64,000 bases of DNA from Neoconidiobolus thromboides FSU 785 (Eukaryota > Fungi > Entomophthoromycota): assembly GCA_025603075.1 (NCBI GenBank), contig MU626328.1:33522-97521 (forward strand), given 5' to 3'. The first letter of the stretch is position 1. Each line of letters opens with the position of its first letter. Below are positions 37,630 through 51,500 of the stretch, piece by piece. Made by a program: the position numbers and the translations under genes. The notes under the pieces were generated by a model. The model was given only the letters and a program-made list of their open reading frames with translations. It did not search any database and was not told the DNA's origin.

Positions 37630-39651
37630 TTAAGGGTCCGGTGTCTTAGCCTTTTTCTTACTTGGCCCACTGCTTTTACTCGCTCCAGTCCCACGATTAC
37701 GTTTACGTATCACATCTGTTTTCATACTCAATGGTCTTTCCTTACCATGCAATTTAGAAAACAGACCACATGCGTTACATAAGGGTACACCAGAAGCTCC
37801 ACGACGCCAAAGTGAAGTTTTATCTACTCCACAGTTATTACATACTACTGCACCTCCTCCATTAGATGTGGTATTTAAACCTCTTGGTTTACCATCTGGT
37901 TTGACATTTGATACTGAAGCCGGTGCAGATGGCACAGGTGCAGATGGTTTGGAAATGTTATTGGTAACTTCTGGTACCTTAGGCTTTGATTTAATACTAT
38001 TTTGAGAAGAAGTATGTCTTGGCATGGGACGTGGGTCTTGAATAGCAGTATTAGGTTTATATTGTGGTAATTGATTTGGAAGCGATGGAGTTCTAAATAC
38101 GGATTTCTGTTCATTGATAGTATTTTCTTGAGTTGTACCTTTGTTATCTTTCATCAGTCTAGAAGAAATTTGTTGCTTATGAGAATCCTCTTGTTGAAGA
38201 ATTGTTGAATTATATTTTGCCATATCCTGGTTTGATGAACCTGCAATAAAACTAGTTTGTGGATATAACATATTATTACTGTTCGTATATTGTCCATAGG
38301 AATTGTTAACTTGTTTTGGATTCAATCGATTGATGGGAGTAGAGGATTGATTATAATGAAGTAGTGTTGTTGCATTATTCTTAGTTGATGTTGCCAATTT
38401 ATCATTGATCATTGTGGCTTCATTAATATTATTTACACTATTTAATGGAACATTATTATAACTTCGAGTATTTGATGATGGTGTATAACCAGTGGTATCT
38501 CTACTTGCTAACAGCATCGTAACCTGTTCTTCTAACTGGCGTATACGATTAGCTTGGGCAGTTTGAATATTATCTTGACCATACTGAGATGTAGTGTTGA
38601 CTGATGGATTAATAGTATTTCCATTTAAATCAAGTCTAGATCTTCTAAGTAATGGAGTGTTTAAAGTAACATAATCTTGAAAAGCAGTTTGAGTGAAGGA
38701 AGGGAAGGTAGTATTTACACTTGGATCATCAAAATTATTCCAGTTACGATTGAGGATTGAACTAAAGTTGGCAAATGTTGGATCATACCAGCTTTGATTT
38801 GAGTTCATTGTTAATTGATTCATCACATTCATATCGATATTCCTTAACATATCAGTGTTGTTCGTATTGAGCGCATCGTAGTTGTATTGAGTTGGATTAG
38901 TGTATCCATTTTGGAAATAAGACTGTGCTTGGGCTTGTAAAAAACCATCCGGCGTGACTGTTCTTGAGTCCATTAATGGGTATTCCGTACCTGGCGATAT
39001 GCCTAAATTATACGTCTGATTGACACTGGGGTACATAGGATACTGTTGTTGTACTGATACATTTTGTGTAGATTCATTACGAATAGAAGTTGACTGTAAC
39101 GGAGCTGAAATTTGATTTGCTTGATTTTCCGGCTTAACTGCTGGATGATTAGAATAATTTGTATTAAGCTGGGCCGCTTTTGATTTTGATTTTGATTTAA
39201 CTTTAGATGGATTAGTAATGGGTCTACTTAAAGGTTTAGAAACAGGCGGATGAGGCAAAATGCTAACAAATTTTGACTTATTACTTGATTCACCAACTTC
39301 TTTCTGTACACCAGGAGAAGGGGTAGAGGTAGAAGCAGCTGATGATGGTGGTTGGTTCTTTTTGGCACGAACTAGCTTGATTGCCATCCTACGCCACATT
39401 AAATTTTCAAACCTTTTAGCTTGAGGAATACTATGCTGTGCTTTAGTACATAATTTCCATAGATCTGTAGCTAAAGGATCACCCGTTACCTTACGTGTAT
39501 GATAAGCAGTCTGTACTAAAGAAGTGATTAAAGTCAAGTTATCACTTAAACTATTATTGCTAGTCGTAGTTTCTGGATTCTGCTTGGAGTTAGAATCAGA
39601 CTTGAGAGAGTCTCCCAACAATAGGGATAAGTCTGTAAAAGGCGAGGCCAT
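37630..39651 (-). CDS. AreA/NIT2/Gat1-like GATA transcription factor, intronless
   Basis: N-terminal [10 protein letters not shown]...[10 protein letters not shown] (AreA/Gat1 DUF1752-like); type IV finger CNNC-x17-CNAC followed by [20 protein letters not shown]. Confidence 0.88.
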   Translation of the reverse strand: MASPFTDLSLLLGDSLKSDSNSKQNPETTTSNNSLSDNLTLITSLVQTAYHTRKVTGDPLATDLWKLCTKAQHSIPQAKRFENLMWRRMAIKLVRAKKNQPPSSAASTSTPSPGVQKEVGESSNKSKFVSILPHPPVSKPLSRPITNPSKVKSKSKSKAAQLNTNYSNHPAVKPENQANQISAPLQSTSIRNESTQNVSVQQQYPMYPSVNQTYNLGISPGTEYPLMDSRTVTPDGFLQAQAQSYFQNGYTNPTQYNYDALNTNNTDMLRNIDMNVMNQLTMNSNQSWYDPTFANFSSILNRNWNNFDDPSVNTTFPSFTQTAFQDYVTLNTPLLRRSRLDLNGNTINPSVNTTSQYGQDNIQTAQANRIRQLEEQVTMLLASRDTTGYTPSSNTRSYNNVPLNSVNNINEATMINDKLATSTKNNATTLLHYNQSSTPINRLNPKQVNNSYGQYTNSNNMLYPQTSFIAGSSNQDMAKYNSTILQQEDSHKQQISSRLMKDNKGTTQENTINEQKSVFRTPSLPNQLPQYKPNTAIQDPRPMPRHTSSQNSIKSKPKVPEVTNNISKPSAPVPSAPASVSNVKPDGKPRGLNTTSNGGGAVVCNNCGVDKTSLWRRGASGVPLCNACGLFSKLHGKERPLSMKTDVIRKRNRGTGASKSSGPSKKKAKTPDP

Positions 39652-41861
39652 TTATGATAAATAAACACTTAAATAAGTTTTAAGAGAAGGAATAAATTAT
39701 ATCAAAGTATATCCTGTTATTATAGTTAATGCAAAACTATAGATGAGTATAGTTGAAGATTATTTAGCTAAAATACAAAATGTAAATAAAGAGAGTTCAA
39801 ATAGTAAAATGGAATCAAAAACAGGTATCGTTTATTTACTAAGACTGACTTTAGAAATAATGCTTGTCTTTTTATTATAAGATGAAATGAAATAAATAAA
39901 ACTACCTTGAATAAATAACAAAGATAGGATATAAAAAAAGTTTACAATTACTACAAGAATAATTTTTATTCCATACCCCTTCAAGAATCAGATGTCAAGT
40001 CAATCCTTTGATAAAATAATAGCCAATCAAAATAAATTTAGTTATGGTTTAACCAATCCTTTTTATTTCCAGTTAAAGTTTGAATCAATAGGTTATGAGC
40101 TATATTTTACTGATAAGCCTATTACATAGAAGGATAGAGCCCTTACTGTTTGCTTGATTTAATAAGCTTTATTCTTTAATAAATTTAAACTTGGCATTAA
40201 ATCTGGAAAAGATGTAGGAAAATTTGAAATATATTCTAATAACATAATCATTCTATATTTTATGTTTAGATATTTTGATAGTACAATATCAACTTATTAT
40301 TACCACACCACATAATGAAGAAGAGATAAGGTTCGAATAAAATCATATAGCAATTTTTGCTTATTAAGGATCAAACGCAATATTACCCATTATAGGTATT
40401 TTGTACAATTTTGGGGTTTAAAAGTTATCAGATGATTATATTTAATGACCGGAAATCAAGTACTTTGAGCATCATTTGAGAATGTTATGGCTTTGGATTA
40501 GCATATTACTATAAGTGACCTATTATAACATCCAGCGTTGTTATATTAGAAAGTATTGTGATCTATTTTATTGTTTTAAAAAAGAATGAGAGTTTGATGG
40601 TATCTTTTTTAATTTTTTGTATAAGGCTAATTAATTTACAAATTTAAAATCCCGAGTTTTTATCGCTCTTTTATTAAAATAAAATACTACTTTATTAAAA
40701 ATCATCTATAAATCACTATTCTATAAACTATTGTTTATCGCCTATAAGAAGAGCTCAATTAATGTAAAGCCAATGTAATTTCTATAAATAAAAAACCATC
40801 CATCTATTTTTAAAACTCATCTTATCCCTTAATCAATAAAGAGAATAAAAAAATGTTTTTTATTTTAAATTTAAAATCGAGAGCTCAAGTTCGCAAATGA
40901 GAAGACCATGTGGAAATACATTTATCCTTGCGTAATTTATGGAAATATTGAACTTTATAGTTGTTTTTTATTGTGGTAGCTAGGCTTCTAACAGTAAATT
41001 CATAACAAAATTAAAATTAGTCTACTTAGTGAAATAAATAGTTTTCCAATTCTATATTAAATAAGAATATGAGCTATATGACTTCACAGATTGACTATTC
41101 AAATCCTGATCTATTTTCATGTAACTGTTTAACATGTAAAATGATACGGTTCTCTAAACATTTAAAATAAAATAATTCTATTCTAAATAAACAAAACAAC
41201 TCCTATTTAGAATCATTTCAACCCAACATTGAATGCTTTAAATTAAAAAGTAAAGAGTTTGCTATGAATATTTCATATCCGCTTTAAACATATAAACTAT
41301 TACTTTATATCATTAAAAGTTTAATATCAACTGTTTGAAATCAAGTGCTTTTCTTCCTCTATTGATTGTTTTAGCTTTAATCATAAAGACTCCAGAAGCC
41401 CCATTAAATGATCTAATTCTAATTTAAAATGTTTTTTAATTTAAACATTCTTATCAAAAGGGCCCAAGAACTTAAAAAAATTCATATTATTTTATTTTAA
41501 AGTTCATATATTAAGTCTTTATAGTACTACTCGTATATTGAAAATAAAATGTTCTGTAGATATACTATATGATGTAACTGTATCTTAAATAGTTACCTAA
41601 CATTATAATTATATTATATTAGTATAAATGTAAATAAAATGATTTTATAAAATTCTACTAAGATTGAAATAGTTAATAGCACTAACAAACTCTCAATAAG
41701 CTTATATTTTCTTTTATTAATATTAAAGCAACTAATTCACATTATAACCATTAATTAAATGATGTTTCATTATTATACATATACTTTTGATTTTACTTAA
41801 AGAGATACTCTAAATAATTTAACTAATAAACATACTCCTTTCATAGTCCCAAGCTTACAAC

Positions 41862-42634
41862 TTATTCAATAGGTTTATACGAGGGGCTTCTCTTCAAATC
41901 CTGTTTTTTCATCTCACTATTAAAATGATTTATAGTTTCCTTTTTATAACAATAGTATCCTACTCCAATTGTTAACACAACTTCAAGAACATAGGGTACA
42001 AAGATACATACATGACCATATGGATTTGATGGCAACTTCAAGTTTCCAGTAATAAAACGGAAGCTACCTTCTAGCAAAAAGCTAATGCCTTTAGCTACCA
42101 AAAAAGCTCCAATGGCTGAATAGGCGATAGCTTCCACTGGGGCACCTCCTCGTTTGATTTGGATAGCAAACAAAATACTAATAAAACTGCCAATGATAAA
42201 GTCCACAATGATACCATTTATAAATTGGCCAATAAGAAACCAAGTCATAAAACCAGCTGTTATAGCAAGACAGACACGACCTATTGGCTTGTAATAAATT
42301 GTGGCTATAATAGCAAGTAGGCCTAATATAATTGCACTCATAATTAACATGTAAAGGTGTAGATTATTCGTCCCTTTATACATGATATTGGGCTCGATTA
42401 AAAATCCTAAGGATAAAACTCCCTGGCCTATCACTATAAAAGAACACATTCGTGGAACAATTGCTTTTAAGCGTAAGTTAAATAGTAATAGCATTAGTCC
42501 AGCGATAAATAGTATGATACCAACAGCTATTTCTAAACTACATAAAATAACTAAATATAATAGAATTGGATTAGTATGTGTATAGTAGTTTTATCGTTGT
42601 AAATATTACCCTCATTGTTCCTTAATCCAGCCAT
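41862..42634 (-). CDS. Multi-pass membrane protein (DUF4203/TM7S3-like, tentative)
   Basis: About six or seven hydrophobic Gly-rich segments. A short first exon from ATG 42634 splices (G|GTAATA...TTTAG|) in frame into the 41862-42494 ORF. Confidence 0.6.
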
Positions 42635-43526
42635 TGGGAGTTGATGTTATTTAAAAAAAATAAAAAATAAAAGATAAAAATTATAAAAATTATAATAATT
42701 AAGTTTAATTTTTTAATTTCTTTTTGGAAGTTTAAAGTAGCTTTCGAGTGAGCGAATTAAACAGACGGAAACTTTAATTCCGAGCCAGTTAGAATTTGAT
42801 TATTCTACTTTTAGTTTGGTTATTAAAATTTGTACTAATAAAATAAACAGTTTTAAAATAGATAAGTTTTTGACTGAATTAGGTGACATTAGTTCATCTC
42901 CAATCTATTGCAATTTGTTATAAGAAGATTTTCGTCATTTATGACTCTATAAAATAATGACAATAAATTAATAAAGTATAAACTTTACATATTGTTAGTT
43001 GTAGTTTTGTTTAGTTCTTTTTTATTTATACGAAATACATGAAATTTGAAAAGCTTCTTTGTGATAGGTTTATAAGAATACAAGTTATTTATAAGCCTAA
43101 TTGACCCTTGTATGAAGTATTAGTGAACAAGAAAAGAACAATTGATGGAAACTCAAATCATAAACTCTGGTTAAAAATTCCTTAGAAATTCTAACCACTT
43201 AATATTGATAAACAGTTAAGGCTTTGTAGTAGTAATTAACCAAATCTCGATACATTTCAGTTTTCAGTTAACTTCTTCCAACATCAGAAAAGTTAAAAAC
43301 TTTAAAAGTGGCTAAGGCTTTTTTATAGTAAATTACGATTGTTTGTGAATCTAACAGATTAATCTTTTCAAATTTGGGCAAAAATTCAATCAACAAAATT
43401 CCTGGGCAAAAATAAAAACTGCTTACATCACTAAAAAAGGATAGTCAACAACATTGAAACAAGTAAAATATCAAAATAAAATAAAATAAAATAAAAATAT
43501 GGGGATAATTCTTTTGTGTTTTAATT

Positions 43527-44359
43527 ATGACTGAAAAGAAAGAAGAGGAAATCAAACAAGTTCCAAAAGAAGGAGGCAAAGGCAGCTTACTATGGATAGT
43601 ATTAAGTATGATTATCCTGCTGATAGCTTATTTTTACTATGATCAATCAAAGGGTAATGACGATATTCAAAGACCAGACCTTTATAAGTTTAGAATACCA
43701 GATATCGAAAATAATATAATAGATTTTAAGCAATATAAGGATAAAGTAAACAAATTTCTAACAATGATAAACATTAACTAATAATAATCTAGGCCTTACT
43801 AATTGTGAACGTAGCTTCTGACTGTGGATTTACAAACCAATATCAAGGGTTACAAACTTTATTTGAAAAATACGAAAAGGATGGTTTAGTGGTTCTAGCT
43901 TTTCCTTCTGACCAGTTCAATCAGGAGAGAGAGACTCAGGAAGGTAACTAGTGTTTATATAAATGTAGTTTAGATTAACCTTTATTTATAGAAATTTTGG
44001 ATTTTGTCAAAACAACTTACAAAGTTACTTTTCCAATAATGACTAAGGTGTAAGTTTCATTAAATTAGAAATGATTATTTAAGGTTTGACAATAAATTCT
44101 AGTGCTGTAAATGGAGATGAGGCACATCCGCTTTTTAAGTACTTGACTGAAAAAAAGAGCGGTATCATGGGAGTGAAAAAGATCAAATGGAACTTTGAAG
44201 TAAATAATTAAAATAAAATAAAAAATTAATTTATTAATAATCGTATAGAAATTCCTAATAGATCGAGAAGGTGAAATAATTGCGCGTTATTCATCAATTA
44301 CAACACCCAAAAAAATAGAATCCGATATCATAAGCGTATTAGGTGTTTCTAAAATTTAA
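43527..44359 (+). CDS. Cys-type glutathione peroxidase with N-terminal transmembrane anchor (5 exons)
   Basis: [18 protein letters not shown] anchor; [35 protein letters not shown]. Confidence 0.9.
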
Positions 44360-45665
44360 TTCTAATGCTGGTTTGTTCTTTAATATATTATCAATATCAT
44401 TCAATATTTCTGGACTCAGCTTGTTAAGTATCGATAAACACTTTACATTTTCAATTATCTGTTCTTTGCATGTAGCGCCCGTTAATACTGTGCCCACTTG
44501 GCTATTATGTAAACACCATGCTAATGCTAATTGACTGTTTGTACAATGTAACTTTTTTGATATACGCTAAATAAATTAAATTAAAACTATTTTGACATAT
44601 TTTCGAAAAATTATTACCTCTAACTCCCTAACCTTTAGTAACTTAAGTCTACCTTCATCGGTATCCAACCAATCTCTCATCCTCTTAGTTACCAAGTTAT
44701 TCTTTAAATTTAGCCTTGAGTTCTCTGGCACATATTCGTTATATTTTCCAGTTAATATCCCACTACCTAATGGGGACCATACCATTAATCCCAGTTTAAA
44801 CTTCTCATATAACCCATTATATTCCTTTTCTACCCTTTCTCGGTGAAACATATTATATTGGGGTTGTTCAGTGATAGGTGCGATCAAGTTTAGGGTTTTA
44901 CTTATCATTACCGCTTCTTGAATTTGACTGACATTCCATTCGCTGGTGCCTTAAATCGTTTGTTAATTCTATATAATTACTAGCTATTTATCAAATTACC
45001 CCAATACATTGCCTTTCCTTGGTTAATCAAGTGCGTAAAAGCCCTTACTGTTTCTTCCATTGGAGTATCTGGATCTGGTCGATGAGCTAAAACAATGTCT
45101 ACGTAATCAAGTTGTAATCTTTCTAAAGAGGCTTCTAAACCTTCTAAGATATGTTTTCGAGATAATCCGCGTTCATTGGGGCCTTTGAAGTTAATTTAAT
45201 ATGATTTAAGACCAAAGTAATGTTATAAACTTACCCCTTCCGCCCCAAAAAAGCTTAGTACTAATTGTGAATTCGGATCTTCGCCAACATAGTTTTTGGA
45301 TAATATTCCCAATCTCGATCTCGCTTTGGCCGTCTGACATTTGTTAAATAAATATAGTTTTTTTTATTGAAAAGCATCTTACTTGCATATACTTCAGCAG
45401 TATCAAAATGAGTTATCCCTAACTCAAAGGCTGTTTTCATACATTCTAGAGTTATTTCTAATAACGATAATAGTGACATTAATAAAATAACATTCAAACG
45501 GTCAGAGTTTCTTACCACTATCTACTTGATCTCCATAAGTTAGCCTTAACAAAATTGATATAATTAATAATTGGAGTATTTTAATATATAAACTACAAGT
45601 TACCAACTCCCAAGTGATAGCACCGATACTTTTAAACCCGAGTTACCAAGATATCTGTACTCCAT
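44339..45665 (-). CDS. Aldo-keto reductase, Kv-beta/AKR6-like (multi-exon)
   Basis: [75 protein letters not shown]. Confidence 0.92.
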
Positions 45666-46047
45666 AATTCTTTTTACTTTGGATAAAAATGAACTGATTA
45701 TAATATGTTGAGAGTAATTTATAGTGTTTTAAGATGAAACATAAATCCGAAAAAATAGTAACAGCTTTTTGTAACCGTTATATTATAAAACAAAGTATTA
45801 AATTTATTGTTTCATTTCATTTTATTTTGGTTGTTTTACGAATAATATTTTCTAATTGTCTAAAAAAACTTGTTTTTTAATCTTATCAAAAGCTTATTTA
45901 ATTATGCAGAAACTCAAAATTTGATCCTATCAAAAAAGAAAGGGTTCTTTCTTAAGTTTAATTTTAAAAAAAGCACTACAAAAATTTTAACATACTAAAA
46001 TAAAAACACCAGCTAACCTAAACTTTTAATTATTTTTATTAATATTA

Positions 46048-47823
46048 TTATAAAAGACTACTCTTTTGACTTAAGTAGTACTCAAGTTTCTTTAAAAACT
46101 TAGCTGCTATATCCTGTGTGACTACTCTTTGGTCGGATGCTAAGGTAATATTAAGAACTTTTCTGGTTTTTAATCCTGAATTTTCACTACTAGTTTTGAT
46201 TTTTATATCATCTATAAGTTGATCTAAAATATCTCTCTTTACATTTGGCGTAGCTGTAGCTTGAGGCTTAATTTCATTTACTTTCTTAGGGGTAGGATGG
46301 ATCAAATCATCTAATACTAAGTTTGAATTGGTGATTTCTTCACCATACACAACAACCTCCTTGAGATTGATAGTTAAATTGGCAGCTGGTGGAGGAGTGA
46401 CAAGTCCACTAAAGTTGTTAACCCCAAATACTCCAAGGTTAGATATGCTGTTAAAAATATAAATATTTTACCAAAATAAATGAGATAATTTTTTTACCCA
46501 AAACTGGCACCTTGATTTTCGTTTGCTTTTTTATTGGATACCTAATAAATTTAATTTAAACTACTATAATTAATTTTCTATTGATACTTACCTTCAATTC
46601 TTTACTAATAGCCTCTAATTCTTTTTTATTAGCATCACTCACAACAGAGGCGATCAAACCATTAGGAGTAGATGTGGCAACTGCGATATCAATACTTTTT
46701 AAATACTCGACATTATCTTTAGCGCTATCATTAAATCGCACATTGATTTGGGGGGTATCAATTAAAGCTAAAGAGGCAGCCTTTACGATCACATCATTTA
46801 AGGATACTTTGATGCCTTTTGATTTTAACAAAGATTGTCTTAAACTTTCAATTTGTTCTATTTCAACCTGTTTTCTGGTATAATTGTGTGGCACTTGGTT
46901 TCCTGTTGAACCTTGCTGATTTGCTTGTAACTTTAAATTTTTGCTTGAGTTATCAAATTAATAATTGAAGTAGATATTTTACCTTAATAGGTCTCGATTC
47001 AACTTGTTCTACTTTCCTCTTTGGAATATTGTTTTTATTTATATAATTCAATACGTCGCCTTTAGATAGCCTGCCTTTAGGTCCAGTAGCAGTTATAACC
47101 TTAATGTCATCAATTTGATAGTTAGAAATGAGGTGACCAACAGCTGGGGAAAGATGGGTTGATTTTTGAGTAGTGTCTAATTGGGATAAATATATTTTTA
47201 TTTGATTCTTTTTGAAATTTACCTTGTTTCATGGTAACATCCGCTTTAGTTTCTATCTTTTTCTCAACTTTATTTTCTTTAACAGGTTCTTTTGCTTTTG
47301 CTTCTTCTTTGGGTGCCTCAATATTACTAATATCGTCTCCTTCTTCTGCGATAATAGCAATAGCTTGTCCAACTGGCACCTTTTCTCCATTAGCCTGAAC
47401 CTAATATTATTTAATAACTTAATAATTTAAACTTAACAAAATCACTATAAATCTTACCAAAATTTTAGCTAATATACCGTCTTCTGGGGCTTCAACTTCG
47501 ATTTGGGCTTTATCTGTTTCAATCTCTAGTAATACATCTCCAGCTGAGAAACTTGTGCCTGAAAGTAAGTATTAAATTGATATTTAATTAATGTGTCTTA
47601 ATCTACCTTCTTTTATGTTCCATCTTGAAACGGAACCTTCAGTCATAGTGGGTGACATTGATGGCATATTAAAGTTTGATATTGCTTTTAAGTAGCCATT
47701 GGAATGGAATGCTGTTGTTGCAAGTAAATCTTGAGTTGAGCAAAAATAATGGTATATTTAATTACCTCTTTTTAAAATAGCATTGTTTGATTTTATGATA
47801 CGATTTAAATGAAATGGTTTCAT
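46048..47823 (-). CDS. PDX1: Pyruvate dehydrogenase protein X (E3-binding protein)
   Basis: Lipoyl domain ([11 protein letters not shown]...EIETDKA), E3-binding domain (SPAVGHLI...[12 protein letters not shown]), and an E2-like C-terminal domain whose DHRxxDG catalytic motif reads DQRVVTQ. Confidence 0.85.
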
Positions 47824-47963
47824 TTTCTACTTATAAAAACTAAATTAAAATTAATTTTTTATTGAATTTTTTTTATTGAATTTACCCTTTTTTTTCTCGT
47901 GTTATCTTTTAAGATATTGGGGATGACTTTATTTAATTGATTTTATCTCGAAAACTTCGCCCA

Positions 47964-48013
47964 CCAATCAAACACTCAGACACTATCTCACGCTAATTTT
48001 GTCCTTTGATTGG
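47964..48013. promoter_or_regulatory. Pair of oppositely oriented CCAAT boxes upstream of PDX1
   Basis: CCAAT at 47964 and ATTGG at 48009, 140-190 bp upstream of the ATG; another CCAAT at 57310 upstream of ATP11. Short motifs, so chance is not excluded. Confidence 0.3.
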
Positions 48014-48579
48014 CTCTACAATTTTTATAATTTTCAGCTTGATTACAATGGAATATTAGATAAAACAAATTGTCTGTAGTAAAAATGTAATATTACCATT
48101 AAATTATAATATCATTCAAATCAATTTACTATTTAAATCAAGTTTAATGTTCTTATGTTCTTATTTAAACTGTTCATAAATATTTAAAAATAGTATAGGC
48201 TATCATAGTAACTGACTAATGTTTAAGCTAATTATACATTAAAAACAATAAAATTATTAAAATAATATAAACAAATATATACACAATATATAATAATCTC
48301 AAAGCCATAAAATTTAAAAATTACCAATTTTTTATTAAGTGTAAAATGAACAATTTAAAAAAATAAATTAAGAATCTTTTCTTTAAGACTGACTGAATAA
48401 ATTTCAATTTTAAAGATTAAACCCACACATTAAAAAAAGAGACAAAGTAAATATCTTCTCTTTAAAAAAATTATAAATCACTACTTAACTTGAAGATTAC
48501 TTTAACAATATAAAAATCATAGATTAAATTAAGTATATATCGTATTACATATATAAACATTTCAGCTACCAAATTTGGC

Positions 48580-51500
48580 TTATTGTGGACGATTCATACC
48601 ATTATGAAAATTCATATGCTGTTGTTGTTGTAAGTTAACTTGAGCTAAATTACGTTGTTGTGCATTTAACATTTGTTGTTGATTGATAAGTTGTTGGGCC
48701 ATACCAGGATGATTAATAAATGGCTGATTCATCTGTTGTTGAGCTAAATTAGCTTGAAATAAATTAGGTTGTCCCATTTGTTGTTGTGCAAGTTGTTGAG
48801 CATAATGTTGTTGAGCTTGATAAGCTTGAAAATTCAAAACTTGCTGTTGTTGCTGTGGGTTGAAGTTTTGTACCCGTTGTTGTGCCATTGCTGGTTTCGC
48901 TCCAATCGCTATCTGCTTTTTAACTTGTTGTTGTAAAATGTTTTGTCCTGGGTTGATACGCCCCAACTGTGAATTAAATGCCTGCGCATTAGAAAATTGC
49001 ATCTGCTGTGGTACAGTATACCCTTGCTGGCTCATGTGTGCCATTTGTGCTCTTAATGCTGCTGCATTATCCATACTCATACCATTATTCTGGCCACTAG
49101 AAATAGCACCTTGATTATTAAGATAACTCGTTGCTACTTGCTTCTGTAAAGGGACAGCTGCTTCCTGATTATTATTAATGACCCTTGCTTGTTGCTGTTG
49201 TTGCTGTTGTTGCTGTTGTTGCTGTTGATTTCTGATATTTTGGTTTATGGCTTGAACATTTTGAACATTTTGCTTAATAGCATTAGCATCCATTTTTTGA
49301 TTTGTTGCTTCACCAAACAAGCCTACGTTAGGAATAGGCGAATTGATAAAGGACAATCCCATCAATCTTGCACCATTTTTGAAAAAAATAAAGCCATAGC
49401 TACCAGGTGGTTTACCTTCTGGGTTATTCATAAGTGAAAGTGCAACTGAATTATCTTGTTCCATTTTTTTAAGTACATTTAAAAATACTTGGTGGCTGGG
49501 ATCTTCGGCACTAGGAATTAAAAAGAAAGACGGACGCATATGTTGTTTACAATAACTAATAAGACCTTCAAGGTTACATGGTCTAAATGAGTTGATAAAG
49601 ATTGCTGAAGGCCATTCATTGGCATGAAATAATGCAGTGATTTCTTCAGGTTGTGGAATGGACCCTGCTGACACCATACATGATTGTTCAATAAACTGCC
49701 CATTTTGAGCAAATCTATATCCAAATCTACCCGTCCACAATTTAACTGCCCCATTTCCAGCCTTTTGCATACCTGCTATATTATTGACTTGAGTTTGAGT
49801 AGCTCCATTGATTGCATTTTGTGGTGTAGAATGTTGAATTTGATTTTGTACCGCATCCATATTTGGTGGTCTTTGCATATACTGCATATTATTTTGAGTT
49901 TGTGTCACTGCGTTCGTATTATAGGCCTCATTTTGATACATTTGATTAGGTACTTGTTGGACTTGTTGAGGAAGATTATTTGCCTGCATATTTTGTTGCA
50001 TGGCTTGTGTATGAACTTGTTGGGGAAGGTTATTCACCTGCATATTTTGCTGAACTTGTTGGGGACGATTGTTTACTTGGATGTTTTGTTGCATAGTTTG
50101 AGGATGACTATTTACCTGCATGTTTTGTTGCATAGCTTGGGTATGAACTTGCTGATGATTACTCATTTGCATATTTTGTTGCATAGCTTGAGCCTGGACC
50201 TGTTGAGGAGTATTTTTCACCTGTATATTCTGCTGTATAGCTTGGGAATGAGCTTCTTGTTTAGCCGATGGCGAATTAGCCATAAAATACTGTGCTTGCA
50301 TTTGATTAAAATTTGGATTCCCTTGAAACATTGGATTCATTGGTCTACCTCCCGTCATACTCATATTTCCACCCACCTGTGAGTAACCATTTGGTTGGGA
50401 GTTCTGATTAAATTGATTAAAAGATTGTGGTGCACTAACTTGGTTTTGATTTGTTTGTTGGATAACTCCATTATTTTGCATCATAGCTTGGTGTCCACTG
50501 ACCATCATACTCGAGTATTCCGTAGCCAAAGGTGAGATATTTGGGTTAGGGGCATTATAGTTGCCATTTCCTGCTGGTTGAGCTTTATTTATAGTTGATA
50601 CATTATTTTGATTTTGATTTTGATTTTGATTTTGATTTTGACTTGAAGGAGTCATATTTGCTGGAGTTACTGCATCTTTTTGCACTAAGTTTTGATTATT
50701 AGTTTGGGTGGGATCATTAGATGCAGATGGGGTAGGTGCTTGACCATTATACTGATCAAATATAAGATTTTGTTGTGGAGTTGGTACTGTGGTTTCTGGT
50801 TTAACGTTAACACTTGTCTTTTCTTTTTTAATTGTAGTATTAATATTAACTTTAGAATTCTTCCTAGATCCCATACTTTTCCTAGTTCTGGCTCCCTTAG
50901 ATGATACCGTACGTTTCATATTTGTGCTAACGATCGGCTCGGCAGGGGTAGGTGGTTGCGTCAAATTAGTTGCTTTATTTAATTCAATTGGTGCTGGACT
51001 ATCTACATATAATGGCGTATTTGTTAGATCAATAGTTGCACTTGATAGTTTCCTTCTGTTTTTACTATTATTGGGCTTATTTGTTACTTGAGATAAAGGT
51101 TGGTTATTTATTTCGGTTGGAACTGAAGTTGGAACTGAAGTTGGAACTGAATTTGGAATTTGATTTTGAGCTGAATTTAGAGCTTGGCTTGAAATTTGAC
51201 TTGTTTCTGGAATAGGAACTAAAGGATTAGGTTTATTGGGGGATTGCTTTGTTGAATTATGTTTATTAGGAGATGGGTGTGGTAAGTTAGAGTTATTAGG
51301 AGATTGTTTATGTTCATTAGATAATTTACTTACATCTTCAACGTTAGTATTTGATGCAATAGTTTGTATCGATTCTTGTTTGATTTGAGAAGGAGTAGTC
51401 TCTTCGGGCTTAGAAACCGTTGCTTCTATTTTTTTAGCTTTTATTGGTAAGGTTTGTAAGTTAGGAGAAGTTAATTCATGTTTTTTTGCTTTATAAGGAA

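Noticed and set aside
39660-40520. GATA sites upstream of the AreA-like gene and a stop-interrupted frame at about 40000-40340
   Set aside because: HGATAR is frequent by chance at this AT content; the frame has no recognizable homology.
48860-51091. Several plus-strand ORFs antisense to MED25, including the 232-aa 49684-50382
   Set aside because: Typical shadows of Gln/Asn-rich repeats (Leu/His-rich antisense reads).
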